A stretch of 64,000 nt of DNA from a virus (IMGVR_UViG_3300034092_002634:1-64000), one strand, 5' to 3'; positions 50,664 through 59,823 are shown, counted from the stretch's first letter. Made by a program: numbers and translations. Notes: a model not told the origin generated them from the letters alone.

Positions 50664-51006
50664 AGTTTGGATGTTCGGCAGTAACTAAATAAACATCCTC
50701 AGCAAGCACTGCTTTAAGCTTTTTCTGAATGCTCTCGCGGTTGCCCCAATACTTTAAAGCAATCCTTGCGGATTCTTCGTCGTACAAAATAACTTTAAAT
50801 ACGTTCAGCGGGTCGTTAAATAAAACGTATTCAGCGAGTACCGGCAAAATGTCAATCTTCCAATGTTGAGGCAGTCCTGGTGCCGTAAAACTAGCGGTCC
50901 AGCCAGGAAACGCCCAGTTCTGCGAATCGGCTTTCGACAGCTTGTCAGTCAAAAAAAGTGTACGTTCGAGCGGTATGATCAAAGTAGACTCAAAATAATC
51001 AGTCAT
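50662..51006 (-). CDS. Hypothetical protein
   Basis: Lone minus-strand ORF with a G-rich RBS, flanked by a terminator and a promoter region. Confidence 0.65.
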   Translation of the reverse strand: MTDYFESTLIIPLERTLFLTDKLSKADSQNWAFPGWTASFTAPGLPQHWKIDILPVLAEYVLFNDPLNVFKVILYDEESARIALKYWGNRESIQKKLKAVLAEDVYLVTAEHPN

Positions 51007-51053
51007 ATTTCCCCCCTTTCCGGTAACTCCGGTATTCTTTAGTATAGCACGAC

Positions 51054-51082
51054 TTGATTTTATTGTAGGATTGACGTATTAT
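51054..51082 (+). promoter_or_regulatory. Sigma70-type promoter
   Basis: TTGATT, 17 nt spacer, TATTAT, upstream of the 51.1-55.5 kb operon. Confidence 0.55.
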
Positions 51083-51123
51083 CTTATTGGTTAACTTGCG
51101 CGTTTTGCACAAAGGAGTAAGTA

Positions 51124-52589
51124 ATGCAGTTTGATCAGAATCTGCCAAACCCATGGCCCGACGATTTGTACTGGTTTGACCTGTACGATCGGTTCCCTTT
51201 ACTCGTCAGGTACAGAAGTTTTTACTCGACTGACTTTCAAAGTAGAGAGGACAACGTGCAAGTATGGTATTACGGTAAGTATGCCAGTATGGATGCAACT
51301 CCGGAAAATCATATTGACGTAGTGAATCGACTTCTGGTACACTTGGAAGCGAGTGAATTCTTACAGTGAGGTGTTTTATGGAAGAGAATGTATTGCCACA
51401 GGGCGAAGTACGGATTGAATATCCGTTTCCATCCTGCCCGTTGGGATTCGCGCTATTTACTCACGCGGTAAACAGCTATGAATTGTGTCTTGTTGAAGTC
51501 ATAACCACGCAGATCTTGCTACGAATTGGCACTTTCGAAACGATAGCCGAGGTGCAAGAAGAATACAGGAACTTTGTCGACACGTTTGCAGTTTCTATGC
51601 GCCAGATTGATTGGAACGATTAAGGCGATTACGCTGAAAGGAACAGGAATGACGTACTATTCTTCAGTTCGGGAAAAAGGAGTGTGGGTAGCATGGGGTT
51701 TCTACGATCAAGCACCTTCCAGCATCTTCACGTTTCTTGAGGAGACCGTCCGCACCTCGACAGTGTTTCGCATGTCTGGTGTTGTCAAAGTGTGGTGTGT
51801 GGGTCACAAGCACAGGCAGCATTTGGCGTTGGTGCTCTGCTCGAATCCTGAGGTTGCTCGCGACTACAAATATTGCGTATTCTGGTGGAACGAGGAGAAT
51901 CGTTCAAGCATTGACGGTATGGTTTTGCCTGAGTGCGAGAACAACGCGCAAGCCTTTTACCGAATCGGTATGTGCGAGCACAGAGAACCGATTACACAAG
52001 TGTACGAAGGCACATCGGTTGGCGAACATGTTGTAGTTTGGTACCGCTGGACATCCGAGAAGGAGCTTGCAAGCTATGAATGAATTTACATTAGAATGGG
52101 TACAGGTGAGTCCTATTGACTCACCTCTCCTTTTTGGATCGACACAACTTGAGCGGTACAAGCTTATGTACGGTTTTATGCCTCGAAACATTGAGTTGGT
52201 TTTCTGGCATCATGATGGCGAGATTCAGAATTTTATTGTTCCACTTGAGGACAAGGAAGACTCTTACACAATCGAGCTCAGTGTTACACGGTTTGACGAT
52301 TATAACCTGCTTATTAGCCGCACTGACACCAAGGATCTGGCATCTGCTCGGGCCTGTGTCGACTTCTACAAGAAACTCTGCACGCGAGGACTAGACGATG
52401 AATTTGAATAGATATGATACAATAAAAGAGCCACACAGTGGCCGCTCGAAAATTTTTGAATGGTATAGGAGTTTACGTATGGAGCATCTTGTTGGACTGA
52501 TTATGAGTGGCGTTTTTATTGTTCTTGTTGTTTCTAGCGCGTGGTACATGCTCACACTCTCCGAGCGCGGAGAGTCTGTTGATGAGTAA
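51124..52589 (+). CDS. Run of five small coupled hypothetical genes (51124-51369, ~51378-51623, ~51649-52083, ~52076-52411, 52398-52589)
   Basis: Overlapping stop/start codons and RBSs; no motif recognised; the last has one TM helix. Confidence 0.55.
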
Positions 52590-53976
52590 TGAAGATATTC
52601 CAGCATTTTTAGGTATTATGCCACGGTGGGTTGTCTATCAACTTCACACAGCGGATCACCAGATTGACGACTTGTTCGAGGTTGTTTTGGACTTGGGACG
52701 TGTTCCCGAGGCACGCTACCGAAACGCAACAATTCTTTTAGGCGACCGGGAGGTCACTGACTGGGATCTTGAAGAGTCGGTTAAAATGCTGAAGTTCGGT
52801 GAAGACAACCGTGCAGGCCTTCCCCGCATGCTTCACCGCATTTCAGCTATTCGCAGCCGCTCTGGCAAGATTGTGGGTCTTACGTGTCGATTTGGGCGAG
52901 CTATTACCGGTACGATCTCCCTGATTGAGGACTTGGTGGCATCTGGCAAGAGCGTGCTCATTCTTGGCCGCCCCGGTGTTGGTAAGACAACCATGCTTCG
53001 CGAGACCGCCCGTGTGTTGGCCGACGAGATGAAGAAGCGTGTCATTATTGTCGACACGTCGAACGAAATCGCAGGTGATGGGGATATTGCACATGATGGC
53101 ATTGGTCGCGCTCGCCGTATGCAGGTGCAGCGCCCAAGCGAACAGCACGCAGTCATGATTGAGGCAGTGGAAAACCACATGCCTGAGGTTATCATCATTG
53201 ATGAGATTGGCACTGAACTGGAAGCGCTGGCCTCGCGTACCATTGCTGAACGCGGTGTTCAACTCATCGGTACGGCTCACGGTCAGTTACTCGAGAACCT
53301 CATGGCCAATCCGACGTTGTCGGATCTGGTGGGTGGTATCCAAAGCGTCACTCTTGGGGACGAGGAAGCTCGTCGTCGGGGCACGCAGAAGACCGTTCTC
53401 GAGCGTAAGCAACCACCGACGTTCGATGTCCTTATCGAGATCCGTAGCTGGGATGAAGTCCTTGTCTATGACAACGTGGGTGAGGCAGTCGATTCCTTGC
53501 TTGCTGGCGAGGCTCCAGAGGGCGAGCAGCGCACAAGGGGTACCGATGGTACCATTACGGTAGAACGCGTCGTCTCAGAGGCAGCTGAGGGCCTAGCTGG
53601 GCAATCTGCGCAAAGCGTTCGTCGAGCACACAACAAGGCGCCTACCGCGAAAGGTCAGCGTCAGCGGGGAGACGGTCTTTCCGAGGTTACCAGCTTTCCC
53701 AAGATCAAGACTGTACCGGTGACGCAGCGCATCTACGCGTTTGGCTTGAACCGGAACAAGTTGGAGAAGGCGATTCAAGTGACTGGCGTACCTGCTACAA
53801 TTGTGCACGACATCGAGGAGGCCACGATGATCTTTACGCTGAAGAGCTATTATCGTCAGGGCTCGACTCGGCTTCGCGGGGCACGGCAAAAGAACATTCC
53901 GGTGCACGCGTTGCGTTCTCCGAGTGTGAATCAGATTGAACAGTCTCTGCGTAAGGTATTTCAGATAGAGTACTAA
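52582..53976 (+). CDS. Ycf45/SpoIIIAA-like AAA ATPase, lacking the C-terminal R3H domain
   Basis: EVVLDLGRVPEARY, LHRISAIR, GLTCR.GRA, GRPGVGKTT, VDTSNEIAGDGD, EAVENHMPEVIIIDEIG, GVQLIGTAHG. Confidence 0.88.
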   Translation: MSNEDIPAFLGIMPRWVVYQLHTADHQIDDLFEVVLDLGRVPEARYRNATILLGDREVTDWDLEESVKMLKFGEDNRAGLPRMLHRISAIRSRSGKIVGLTCRFGRAITGTISLIEDLVASGKSVLILGRPGVGKTTMLRETARVLADEMKKRVIIVDTSNEIAGDGDIAHDGIGRARRMQVQRPSEQHAVMIEAVENHMPEVIIIDEIGTELEALASRTIAERGVQLIGTAHGQLLENLMANPTLSDLVGGIQSVTLGDEEARRRGTQKTVLERKQPPTFDVLIEIRSWDEVLVYDNVGEAVDSLLAGEAPEGEQRTRGTDGTITVERVVSEAAEGLAGQSAQSVRRAHNKAPTAKGQRQRGDGLSEVTSFPKIKTVPVTQRIYAFGLNRNKLEKAIQVTGVPATIVHDIEEATMIFTLKSYYRQGSTRLRGARQKNIPVHALRSPSVNQIEQSLRKVFQIEY

Positions 53977-53987
53977 GGAGAATAGCT

Positions 53988-54305
53988 ATGTATGTAAACA
54001 AAGTAGCGGAATCAGTCGAACTGTTTGAACGGGTGCAGCATGCGGTCCAGAATCCGCGTTCGACGACGATTGTGATGTCGAAGCCGGTGTACATGTCTAC
54101 CTTGGTGTACCCACTGTACAATTATGCAACTGTGCACGTGGGTACACTCCTTCAGATTTACATACATAGCATTCGCCGGGCTGAGAAGGTGTATTTTGGC
54201 CTGATCAGTTTTGAGGATGTTGACCTCTTGCTGTTCAAGGCACTGAAGGTATACAATCGCGCAGAACTTGTGGAGCGTGAAACTCGTTCTACGCTCCACA
54301 AATAG
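53988..54305 (+). CDS. Hypothetical protein
   Basis: AAGGAG RBS; 105 aa. Confidence 0.55.
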   Translation: MYVNKVAESVELFERVQHAVQNPRSTTIVMSKPVYMSTLVYPLYNYATVHVGTLLQIYIHSIRRAEKVYFGLISFEDVDLLLFKALKVYNRAELVERETRSTLHK

Positions 54306-54349
54306 CGTAGAGTAAATCTCACGCTCCGCAAATAATAGGAGACTGTAAA

Positions 54350-54979
54350 ATGGCAACACTTAACGCGAACTTACCTTACGTAGACGCCTACATCCGTAAG
54401 GAATACACGGGGCATACGGAGCACCTCAGTGGGTACATCTTTGGGGTAAAGTCGTGGCTTAACCGCCCGATGCACTTCCACTTCCTGTCGTCGATCGGGG
54501 CGATTTTTTGGAACATGCCAATTTCCGCGTTTGTGCACGACTTGGAATTTGATAAACTGTCGGACGTCGAGCAGACACGGCTATCGTTGCTGCAGACATG
54601 GGATTGCCAGTCAAACCACATCGCCGTGACGGTGTTTGCATTCTTGCAGAATCGTCGTGTCGATGTGCACTGCCGGGACGATGTTTGGCGAAGTGGTATA
54701 TATCAGTTCACCATTGACGACTATGATGGTGATCTTAACGAGACGCCTCTCGGGTATGCCAATCACCAGGATAGTAAGTGCTACCAGTTTATTCGCCTGG
54801 ATGATGGCAACTTTGGCATTCATCCGAACAACTTGTTACGCTGGCACAACCCTGACTTCATCGTACCGTATGATAAGAACAACAAGCCTCGGCTTCACGT
54901 CTACAGCGAGGAGATGTCGAGTGAGGACATCGATCGCACCTATGGCAACAGTCCGTATTACTTCTACAGCGCCGAGTAA
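54350..54979 (+). CDS. Hypothetical phage protein
   Basis: AGGAG RBS; 209 aa; MATLNANLP...IRKEY...PNN. Confidence 0.7.
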   Translation: MATLNANLPYVDAYIRKEYTGHTEHLSGYIFGVKSWLNRPMHFHFLSSIGAIFWNMPISAFVHDLEFDKLSDVEQTRLSLLQTWDCQSNHIAVTVFAFLQNRRVDVHCRDDVWRSGIYQFTIDDYDGDLNETPLGYANHQDSKCYQFIRLDDGNFGIHPNNLLRWHNPDFIVPYDKNNKPRLHVYSEEMSSEDIDRTYGNSPYYFYSAE

Positions 54980-54988
54980 GGAGAAAGT

Positions 54989-55342
54989 ATGAACACGAAC
55001 GCACGAACAGAATTCTTGGAGCACGTTGGCAACCGCATCGTGGTCGCCGCCCGCATGGCACCGACTGACTATGGTATAGAAAGCGACCGCATCGATTTGC
55101 AGGAGAAAGTCTATCTTAAGTTTGGTCTTTACCTCCCCGGTGTCGAGGGGCAAACCGAGTACGAGGAGTTTCTCAGCAAGCTGGAATTCCTCTATTACAA
55201 CGGGTACGGCCTGCAGTACATGGACGGTGTGATTTGGTACGAGGATGGCAGTTGGTCGGACCGCGACGAGTACGATGGCGCTGAGTGGTGGGTGCACCGT
55301 TCGCGGCCACGCATCCCCGATGAGTGTATGAAGGATCTGTGA
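54989..55342 (+). CDS. Hypothetical phage protein
   Basis: AAGGAG RBS; YYNGYG.Q...G.IWYEDGSWSDR.EYDGAEWW. Confidence 0.7.
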   Translation: MNTNARTEFLEHVGNRIVVAARMAPTDYGIESDRIDLQEKVYLKFGLYLPGVEGQTEYEEFLSKLEFLYYNGYGLQYMDGVIWYEDGSWSDRDEYDGAEWWVHRSRPRIPDECMKDL

Positions 55343-55434
55343 TGAGTAAGATCGCTATGGCTCTCTTGTGTGCTGTTCTCCTGTCGCTGGCGTTGCGTTT
55401 GCTTTATTATGTATTTGACTGGAGGTGGTATTAA
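55342..55434 (+). CDS. 30-aa membrane peptide
   Basis: MSKIAMALLCAVLLSLALRLLYYVFDWRWY; start overlaps the upstream stop; below the ORF-track cutoff. Confidence 0.5.
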   Translation: MSKIAMALLCAVLLSLALRLLYYVFDWRWY

Positions 55435-55438
55435 TGAT

Positions 55439-55531
55439 ATGGATAATCTCATTATTGCTGTGTTCTTCGGTGTATTACTGGCGTTCGTAGGGCTGATGTG
55501 TTACTTCGCACTCGGATGGTCTTGGTTTTAA
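55439..55531 (+). CDS. 30-aa membrane peptide
   Basis: MDNLIIAVFFGVLLAFVGLMCYFALGWSWF; GGAGGT RBS; below the ORF-track cutoff. Confidence 0.55.
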   Translation: MDNLIIAVFFGVLLAFVGLMCYFALGWSWF

Positions 55532-55620
55532 CGAGATCGAGGCTTGCATTTTGTTTTGAGTTGGTGTAGACTACGTATGTGCTACTAAGCATGTGTTGTT
55601 TCCCAGACGACACCACCTGG

Positions 55621-55677
55621 GACCCCCTCACGTTACGGCAGAACACGTGAGGGGTTCTTTTTTTTTTATTTTTTTTC
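55621..55677 (+). terminator. Strong intrinsic terminator
   Basis: Stem cccctcacgt...acgtgagggg followed by two long T-runs. Confidence 0.8.
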
Positions 55678-55875
55678 TGGCGTCTGCTGGCACTCTGGGG
55701 CTTTCTAGGGAGCATTGAACATTATGTTCAGTTGTCGAAACGGGTTGATGCTTTTTGAAATTTTTCAGTATGACAAAGGTATGGAAGGTGTAGGTATGTA
55801 TAGGGTTTTTGACTACCTACCATCTACTGCTTGTGTAAGTAGTAGTAATCAACTGTCTTTGAAAGGACAAACATC

Positions 55876-56040
55876 ATGTCGAGCATCATCATCATCACCG
55901 TCGTCGTCATCGTCGTCACCATCGTCGTTATCATCGCTATCCCTCAGTTGATCATGAAGGGTGCAAAGACGTCTCATGAGCTGTGGGTTGAGCGCAACAA
56001 CGAGGCAATCGCTCAGAACAATGCAGCGCGCCGCAAGTAA
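55876..56040 (+). CDS. 54-aa single-pass membrane protein
   Basis: AAAGGA RBS; MSSIIIITVVVIVVTIVVIIAIPQLIMKG...RRK; not in the ORF track. Confidence 0.7.
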   Translation: MSSIIIITVVVIVVTIVVIIAIPQLIMKGAKTSHELWVERNNEAIAQNNAARRK

Positions 56041-56042
56041 CC

Positions 56043-56108
56043 ACAGCGAAACAATCTACTCAGTAATGAGTAGGTTGTATGCAGTTTATAACTGCACTGA
56101 CGAGCTGT
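56043..56108 (+). ncRNA. Type II hammerhead ribozyme
   Basis: Stem II strand acagc, GAAA, stem III caatctactc/gagtaggttg (10 bp), UA cleavage after 56079 (GUA triplet), stem I tgcagtt/aactgca, core CUGACGA, stem II strand gctgt; the full conserved core is present. Confidence 0.93.
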
Positions 56109-56150
56109 TCGTTAGTAATCAGTATTGTCTCTTTGAAAGGACAAACAACC

Positions 56151-56633
56151 ATGTTCGCAGTCATCATCACCGTCTTCGCAGTCATCGTCGCCATCCGCAT
56201 CATCAGCAGCATCACCGTCGAGATCACCACCCACCAGTACGATGTCGAGTGTGAGTGTGTCAAGTGTCAGCAGACCAGCAAGGAGATTCGCAACATGAGT
56301 AAGTTGAACGTCAAGTCCATCGAGGAATACGCAGCCATCTACGCTCAATGGGTATCAGTCGACACCTCAGTCGAAGAGTACTCGGCAGCTGCAGTTGACG
56401 TCATCATCACCACAACCGGCACTTGGAAGATGACTTACGTCGTCAACAAGTCGGTTAAGTTCACTGGCCGCACGTCATACACCGGCAAGACTTCGGGTTG
56501 GTTGTTCGAAAACGTCAACACCGGTGCAAGCGACATGTACCTCCAGATCAGTGGTAAGTCCTCCGCATGGGAAGCTCGCAACTGGTTCGGTAACGGTAAC
56601 TTCGCTGTCAACACCAAGGTCGCTGTCAAGTAA
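56151..56633 (+). CDS. Membrane-anchored protein with HxYDVECECxxC motif
   Basis: RBS; N-terminal TM helix; HQYDVECECVKC. Confidence 0.75.
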   Translation: MFAVIITVFAVIVAIRIISSITVEITTHQYDVECECVKCQQTSKEIRNMSKLNVKSIEEYAAIYAQWVSVDTSVEEYSAAAVDVIITTTGTWKMTYVVNKSVKFTGRTSYTGKTSGWLFENVNTGASDMYLQISGKSSAWEARNWFGNGNFAVNTKVAVK

Positions 56634-56642
56634 CTAACCAAC

Positions 56643-56672
56643 TAGCAACGCTCACCTGCTACAGGATGTGAG
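56643..56672 (+). ncRNA. Pseudoknot class A, copy 1
   Basis: S1 tagca/tgcta, S2 ctcac/gtgag, linkers acg, c, caggat. Confidence 0.75.
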
Positions 56673-56715
56673 AATTATCAACATTGCCCAATAAGGGCTA
56701 GAGAGAGTGACTACA

Positions 56716-57030
56716 ATGGAGAACATGCTCAACATCACCGCAATCGCCGCCAACGACTGGAACGTCTGGACCTGTGCTCACTGTGAGTCGTGCAACTTCG
56801 GTGACACGAAGGTCTGCATCGTGTGTGACATGGGCCGCTGGACCAGCTGTGACATCGAGTGCGAGCACAACCGGCCAGCACCTGCTTCGGTAGCGGTATA
56901 CGTCAACTTGGATGAGGTTGTCCAGGTGCCGTTGCCATACACCAACATCCATCAGGTGCCTGCTAATTACAAGGAACTGATGGACATGGAGCGCGAAGGT
57001 GCTCTGCAGTTGGAAATGCGCTTGTCGTAG
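56716..57030 (+). CDS. Cys-rich Zn-finger protein
   Basis: WTCAHCESCN...VCIVC (RanBP2-like spacing). Confidence 0.7.
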   Translation: MENMLNITAIAANDWNVWTCAHCESCNFGDTKVCIVCDMGRWTSCDIECEHNRPAPASVAVYVNLDEVVQVPLPYTNIHQVPANYKELMDMEREGALQLEMRLS

Positions 57031-57040
57031 TCTTGTTCAC

Positions 57041-57072
57041 CTGCAACGCTCACCTGCAGTAATGGATGTGAG
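57041..57072 (+). ncRNA. Pseudoknot class A, copy 2
   Basis: S1 ctgca/tgcag, S2 ctcac/gtgag, linkers acg, c, taatggat. Confidence 0.75.
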
Positions 57073-57130
57073 ATGTCCGTATGTCCGTATGTGTGTTTAT
57101 TATTATGTTCTTTGAAAGGACAAAACTACC

Positions 57131-57496
57131 ATGAAGTCAGTCATCAACGCAGTCATCGGCATGTTCGTGTTGGTCGTCAGCCACTTGGTCATCTACTTCG
57201 TTCGCAACCTGAAGATGGGCTTCATCTTCGGCGTCGTCATGCTCACCTTGCTTGGCTTGGGCATCAGCGGCGAATTGCCTTCTATCGACATTGTCACCGC
57301 TAAGTGGGTAGGCATTCTGACCGTTGGGTACGCAGCTGTCGTTGCTGTATTCGGTGTGTTCGTAACCGCTTACGAGATTCGTAAGTACATGGCCAAGGAA
57401 GCAAAGGGCCAAGACACCTGGATTGAGCGGATTAACCTTCTTAAGGTTGTCTACAATGTTCCAGGATACAGCTTCCGCAACAACATCACCAAGTAG
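57131..57496 (+). CDS. Three-TM membrane protein
   Basis: RBS; three hydrophobic helices. Confidence 0.75.
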   Translation: MKSVINAVIGMFVLVVSHLVIYFVRNLKMGFIFGVVMLTLLGLGISGELPSIDIVTAKWVGILTVGYAAVVAVFGVFVTAYEIRKYMAKEAKGQDTWIERINLLKVVYNVPGYSFRNNITK

Positions 57497-57501
57497 TCAA
57501 C

Positions 57502-57535
57502 ACCGGAGTGGGCGGCAACCGGTCAACTTGCCCAC
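57502..57535 (+). ncRNA. Pseudoknot class B, copy 1
   Basis: S1 accgg/ccggt, S2 gtgggc/gcccac. Confidence 0.8.
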
Positions 57536-57538
57536 CAT

Positions 57539-57576
57539 TGGAGAAGTGATGCATCTCCAGCATAGATCAGCATCCT
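57539..57576 (+). ncRNA. Tandem pseudoknot class D, copy 1
   Basis: S1 tggaga/tctcca; loop ag-t-gatgc pairs with gcatc-ct. Confidence 0.55.
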
Positions 57577-57607
57577 TGCTGCGTTTGCAGCTAGAGGGGT
57601 ATTACCA

Positions 57608-57790
57608 ATGGGTAAGTACTATCGGTCCTCGGTGGTTGTTCGTTGGTTGGTGCACAGTCTGAGCGATTGTGCTATGAGACTGATGCCAATTGGTTTGTCT
57701 GATGTCGAGGACGGTAGTCTTCGGTGGAAAGCAGCCAACTGGCTGATGCGCAAGACTAGCGACTGGGCTGTCGCGCTTAAGAAGGTCTAG
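57608..57790 (+). CDS. Hypothetical protein
   Basis: 60 aa; RBS; fits the cassette pattern. Confidence 0.6.
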   Translation: MGKYYRSSVVVRWLVHSLSDCAMRLMPIGLSDVEDGSLRWKAANWLMRKTSDWAVALKKV

Positions 57791-57795
57791 TCCAC

Positions 57796-57834
57796 CGTGG
57801 AGTAAGCGGATAACCACGTTAAAAACTTGCTTAC
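57796..57834 (+). ncRNA. Pseudoknot class B, copy 2
   Basis: S1 cgtgg/ccacg, S2 gtaagc/gcttac. Confidence 0.8.
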
Positions 57835-57837
57835 CAT

Positions 57838-57875
57838 TGGAGAAGTAATGCAACTCCAGCATAGCACTGCATTCT
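57838..57875 (+). ncRNA. Tandem pseudoknot class D, copy 2
   Basis: S1 tggag/ctcca; loop ag-t-aatgca pairs with tgcatt-ct. Confidence 0.55.
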
Positions 57876-57932
57876 CGGATGACAATCATCTGAGCTATAG
57901 CTGCCATTGCAGCTAGAAAGGTACGCCTTACC

Positions 57933-58415
57933 ATGGGTAAGAAGTACAACACGTCCGCAGTCACCGTTCGTCCGATTGCCACCGGGGAGCTTGCCTTCCT
58001 GGTCGAGGCATGGGAGGGCATCAAGCCTTCCCGCAAAGCCGCGGTGACGGTGCGGATTGCTCGGGAGACCGAGCGTCCGGCCAACTGGCGGCCAAAGACC
58101 GACAAGATCGGTCGCCGTCCTCGGATTGAGGCGGTGGTGGCTGAGCGAGAAGTGGAGGAAGGGCCGCACGAGTGCGACTTCTCGATCAGCCGGTGGGAGG
58201 ATGTCATCTACCACCATAGCGGGTGGATTGACGTAACTATCGCACGGTGTGAGTGCGGTAGTTACAACATCACTCCGGAAGACCCGGAGATCCACATCTC
58301 CGAAGACGACCACGCTCACCAAGTGTGGATTATTAAAAAGTATAGGTGTAATCCTGTGGCGTACGTTTCCGAGTCGTACGAGGGCAGTTCGCCCTTCAAG
58401 AAGCTCGACCGGTAG
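57933..58415 (+). CDS. Hypothetical protein
   Basis: 160 aa; RBS; HEC...CECG possible metal site. Confidence 0.7.
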   Translation: MGKKYNTSAVTVRPIATGELAFLVEAWEGIKPSRKAAVTVRIARETERPANWRPKTDKIGRRPRIEAVVAEREVEEGPHECDFSISRWEDVIYHHSGWIDVTIARCECGSYNITPEDPEIHISEDDHAHQVWIIKKYRCNPVAYVSESYEGSSPFKKLDR

Positions 58416-58419
58416 TCAC

Positions 58420-58459
58420 ACGTGGAGTCAACGGATAACCACGTTAAAAACTTGTTGAC
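58420..58459 (+). ncRNA. Pseudoknot class B, copy 3
   Basis: S1 acgtgg/ccacgt, S2 gtcaac/gttgac. Confidence 0.8.
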
Positions 58460-58512
58460 CATTGTATATACATAATTCTGTGTATATACTAGCTCTCGAA
58501 AGGAGCACGGCT

Positions 58513-58737
58513 ATGGAATTCCTTGAGGTATTAGTTCGCGGTAAGACGGTCAAAGATGTCAGCGTCGAGCAGATCGCGCGCAACATCTACGAAGTCACGG
58601 TGGGCCATGGCGGCGGGGAAGAGGGCCCCGACGGTGAATGGCGTGGCTACGTAATCGGTCGTAGCCAAATTATCATCGCCAGTAGCATGTACGATGCGTG
58701 CTACAAGGCGCATCACTTAGCCAAGATAATTGGCTAA
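58513..58737 (+). CDS. Hypothetical protein
   Basis: AAGGAG RBS before MEFLEV. Confidence 0.7.
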   Translation: MEFLEVLVRGKTVKDVSVEQIARNIYEVTVGHGGGEEGPDGEWRGYVIGRSQIIIASSMYDACYKAHHLAKIIG

Positions 58738-58743
58738 GTGTGT

Positions 58744-58777
58744 TGCAGAGTGGGCGGTAACTGCATAACTTGCCCAC
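58744..58777 (+). ncRNA. Pseudoknot class B, copy 4
   Basis: S1 tgcag/ctgca, S2 gtgggc/gcccac. Confidence 0.8.
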
Positions 58778-58831
58778 CATTGCATACAGTATAATTCGGT
58801 ATTGTATGCTAGCTCTCGAAAGGAGCATATC

Positions 58832-59113
58832 ATGCATAAGTATGATGTAGAGTGTGAGTGTGTAGTGTGTGTGGCGTGGACCGACCGGATCGGGCATAAG
58901 TTGGAAACTGTGGCAACATACGTTGACAACAGTGGACACGATTACGACATTGAGTGCGAATGCACTGAGTGTCAGAAGATCACGGTGGCCGAGCGCGAAA
59001 TCCAGATGTATGTCCTGGGGGAACCAATCTCTGTCCCGGTTACGATCAATCCAGAGGTTCAGGAATTCGCTGACAAGAAGTTGTCGGATAGTATTCGGTT
59101 CGATCAGCACTAA
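58832..59113 (+). CDS. Protein with two HxYD[VI]ECECxxC motifs
   Basis: MHKYDVECECVVC...HDYDIECECTEC. Confidence 0.75.
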   Translation: MHKYDVECECVVCVAWTDRIGHKLETVATYVDNSGHDYDIECECTECQKITVAEREIQMYVLGEPISVPVTINPEVQEFADKKLSDSIRFDQH

Positions 59114-59122
59114 TCAGCACTA

Positions 59123-59153
59123 GAGCTCTCGGCAAAGCTCGTTAAACACCGAG
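59123..59153 (+). ncRNA. Pseudoknot class C, copy 1
   Basis: S1 gagc/gctc, S2 ctcgg/ccgag, L3 gttaaaca. Confidence 0.75.
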
Positions 59154-59162
59154 TAGAAGGGA

Positions 59163-59753
59163 ATGTCTATGTATGACATTCTGGTTGTGACGGTGTTGGC
59201 ATTCGTGATGATGGCCGTGTTATTGAAAGGTGGTCGGTAATGAGTCCTGCAGAACAACTATACGTCGAGAAGTTGTGTCGCCAGTACTATCAGGCGCTCT
59301 ATGGCGTAGATTACGTCGTAGAGTTCGGGCATATCTTGCTGTTTCCGCATAAGCATGCGGAGGCTGTGGTCAAGCTCGAGAAACTCATGGAGAATGTCGG
59401 TTACCAGGTAGTTCGCCTGGTAGAAATTCGGAAAGGGTAAACTAGTGCACAAGATCACCCTGTTAGACGTTCGGCATAGTGCTGCCGAAAAGCTGGCCAA
59501 AGAGAAACTGCGGGTAGAAGTACCCGCAGAATACAACGGGGATTGGTTCCCCGCTGTCATGTACGTACCTGCGTATCCCCGTCAGGAGGATCACAGCGTG
59601 GATGCTTACACGTTCAAATGTGTGAGCGTCAACGCTAGCCTGAAACGTCTTAGACGGCTCTACACGGCCCTTGGTGGACGCGCAATGCCTCCGTGGTCCG
59701 GTATATTGGTTGACGGCGTCGAGGTCAACGGGAACGTCAAGGACGGCGAGTAG
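59163..59753 (+). CDS. Three coupled small genes (59163/59169-59240 membrane peptide; 59240-59440; 59445-59753)
   Basis: TAATG coupling and a 4-nt gap; no motif recognised. Confidence 0.6.
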
Positions 59754-59758
59754 TCCAC

Positions 59759-59792
59759 CTGGAGTGAGGGGTAACCAGTATAACTTCCTCAT
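59759..59792 (+). ncRNA. Pseudoknot class B, copy 5
   Basis: S1 ctgg/ccag, S2 gtgagg/cctcat. Confidence 0.75.
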
Positions 59793-59823
59793 GTACTAAT
59801 TTAGCTCTTGAAAGGAGCGTGTC

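Noticed and set aside
55881-55940. ATC/GTC trinucleotide microsatellite
   Set aside because: It is explained by Ile/Val codons of a transmembrane helix in a real ORF
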